This document shows, one piece after another, positions 62,313-64,000 of a stretch of DNA of 64,000 nucleotides. The position numbers were made by a program, and so were the translations under genes. Origin of the DNA: Octopus vulgaris. Lineage: Eukaryota. Each line of letters opens with the position of its first letter. Position 1 is the first letter of the stretch. The notes below the pieces were generated by a model. It saw only the letters and a program-made list of their open reading frames with translations. It did no database searches and was not told the DNA's origin. The DNA is taken from assembly GCA_951406725.2 (NCBI GenBank), contig OX597836.1, forward strand, positions 30,380,001 through 30,444,000. Reading direction: 5' to 3'.

Positions 62313-63787
62313 AGGCTCTACTTGTGAGTAGAATAGGCAGAAGCCCATTTTACACACACATACATACATGTGAAATATCCCTGTAACAATTACAATTTTC
62401 TTCAAAAATGTGGACAGAGAAAATATAGTGGAACACACACACAGATAGATGGGCAGACAGTAATATAAATAGATTGACAAACATTAATATAAATAGACAG
62501 GCATTAATATAGTCAGATAGACAGAGAGACAAACAGAAAGATATTGATAAAATAAATACCAGAAAGAAAAAAATACTGGGGTGAATATGATGAACTAAAA
62601 CCACTGAAGGTGGTACACCAGCATGGCCACAGCTCAATGATTGAAACCAGAAAAAGGATAAAAAAATAAAATAAAAAATTTGCAGAGCAAAGAATGATTT
62701 ATGAATCAACAAAGAAATAATTTAAGATAAAGACATTTTGTGAATCATAAATTTAGAGGAACCTTCAACCGCTGGCAACATTGAAAAGACATATTACATG
62801 CGAGCAGTAAATTTGGAGGTACACCATATACCATAGCAGCATTGGAAAGACGACAGTTTGTGAACAGTAAATTTGAAGACGACTTCAGCCAATGGCATCG
62901 CTGGAAAGCATTTGTTAAAATTCATATGCTATATTTTAAAGGTAATAAATCTCATAGAAAATATTCTCCTTTGCCAAGTAACATCAGAGACAGACACACT
63001 AACACACAGACTAAGAAGAAAAACATTAATAACCCTGTAACAATTACAATTTTCTTCAAAAATGTGAACAGAGAAAAATCTAGTGGAATATTTTATTAAC
63101 TATCTACTTAGTTGCCAAGAGAGATAACATTATTTTAATTACAAAAGTCGTATTTCAATAAATTTATCTGCCTAAATAACCTAATTATGGGCGAATAAGT
63201 CATAAAGTGGCTCAGTGATTGTCATTTATGTGGATCAGATAAATTAATTTTTCCATAAAGACATTCTTCGCTATTTTACAACTAGATAGATAGGCCAGTA
63301 AATCTTAATTATTTCATGTTGATATTTATCTGGAAGACTTCTACTCGTTATCATCTCTCATTAATTCAACTTCTTTCTAAATTATAACTGCTTTTATTCA
63401 ATTGATGTTTTAGAAAATGAAAAGCCATGCCATCATGACAGGATTTAAAGCATGAATCCTCAGACTTCTTAATTATATTAGATTATAATCGACATGGGTG
63501 TAGGCGTGAGTGTGTGCTTTAAAGAAACACATACTCCAGGTTCCAGGTTCAATCTTAATGCATGGCACCTCAAACTAATACCTACCTTAGCCTCAGGTTG
63601 ACAAACACAAATACCTTGCAGTATTTAATCTACCCAAAGTATGTGTCTTTTTTAAGGTGGACTTAACTATTCCATAAACAGACTACCAAAAATTAAGTAG
63701 CAGCCAAAGTATTGGTGATTAATATAGAATCAACCAAAATTCTTGAGGCCCCAACGTACTTACAGACTGAAGGCGTAAACCAATAAA

Positions 63788-64000
63788 ATCATCATCATCT
63801 AATGTCTGTTTTCAATGCTGGTATGGGTTGGACAGCTTGACAGGAGCTGACCAGCTAAAGGGCTGTTCAAACTCCATGTCTGTTTTGGCATGGTTTCTAC
63901 GGCTGGATGCCCTTTCTTATGCCAACCACTTTACAGAGTGTACTAGGTGCTTTTACACAACACCAGTACAGGTGCTTTTTACATGGCACCAGCATTTATG
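63788..64000 (-). mobile_element. Family C retroposon, runs off the window end
   Basis: ATCATCATCATC...GGTATGGGTTGGAC...GGTTTCTACGGCTGGATGCCC. Confidence 0.7.

Overview
This is AT-rich, repeat-saturated eukaryotic DNA, either a very long intron or intergenic sequence. The SINE families and (TA)n/(CA)n load suggest a coleoid cephalopod, probably Octopus (inference). No intact protein-coding gene is present. Almost every ORF in the track is a microsatellite or SINE artefact, and the few meaningful ones are decayed transposon remnants: RTE LINEs with a PHD-like finger, an RLE/R4-like LINE, a Tx1/L1-like fragment and a Tc1 transposase. Several MITE families show readable TIRs and TSDs: piggyBac-type TTAA, hAT-type 8 bp and Merlin-like 8 bp. 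The most striking signal is a set of minimal type I hammerhead-ribozyme (HHR) motifs of the Penelope-like-element kind. One sits in a 546-bp palindromic, tRNA-headed element inserted into a SINE with a 12-bp TSD (7580-8125). Other notable items are a young ~330-bp fold-back duplication (18391-19126) and two strongly signalled minus-strand microexon candidates (10472-10512; 60396-60428, the latter with recursive-splice-site architecture). All calls were made by eye, and boundaries without a TSD are approximate.
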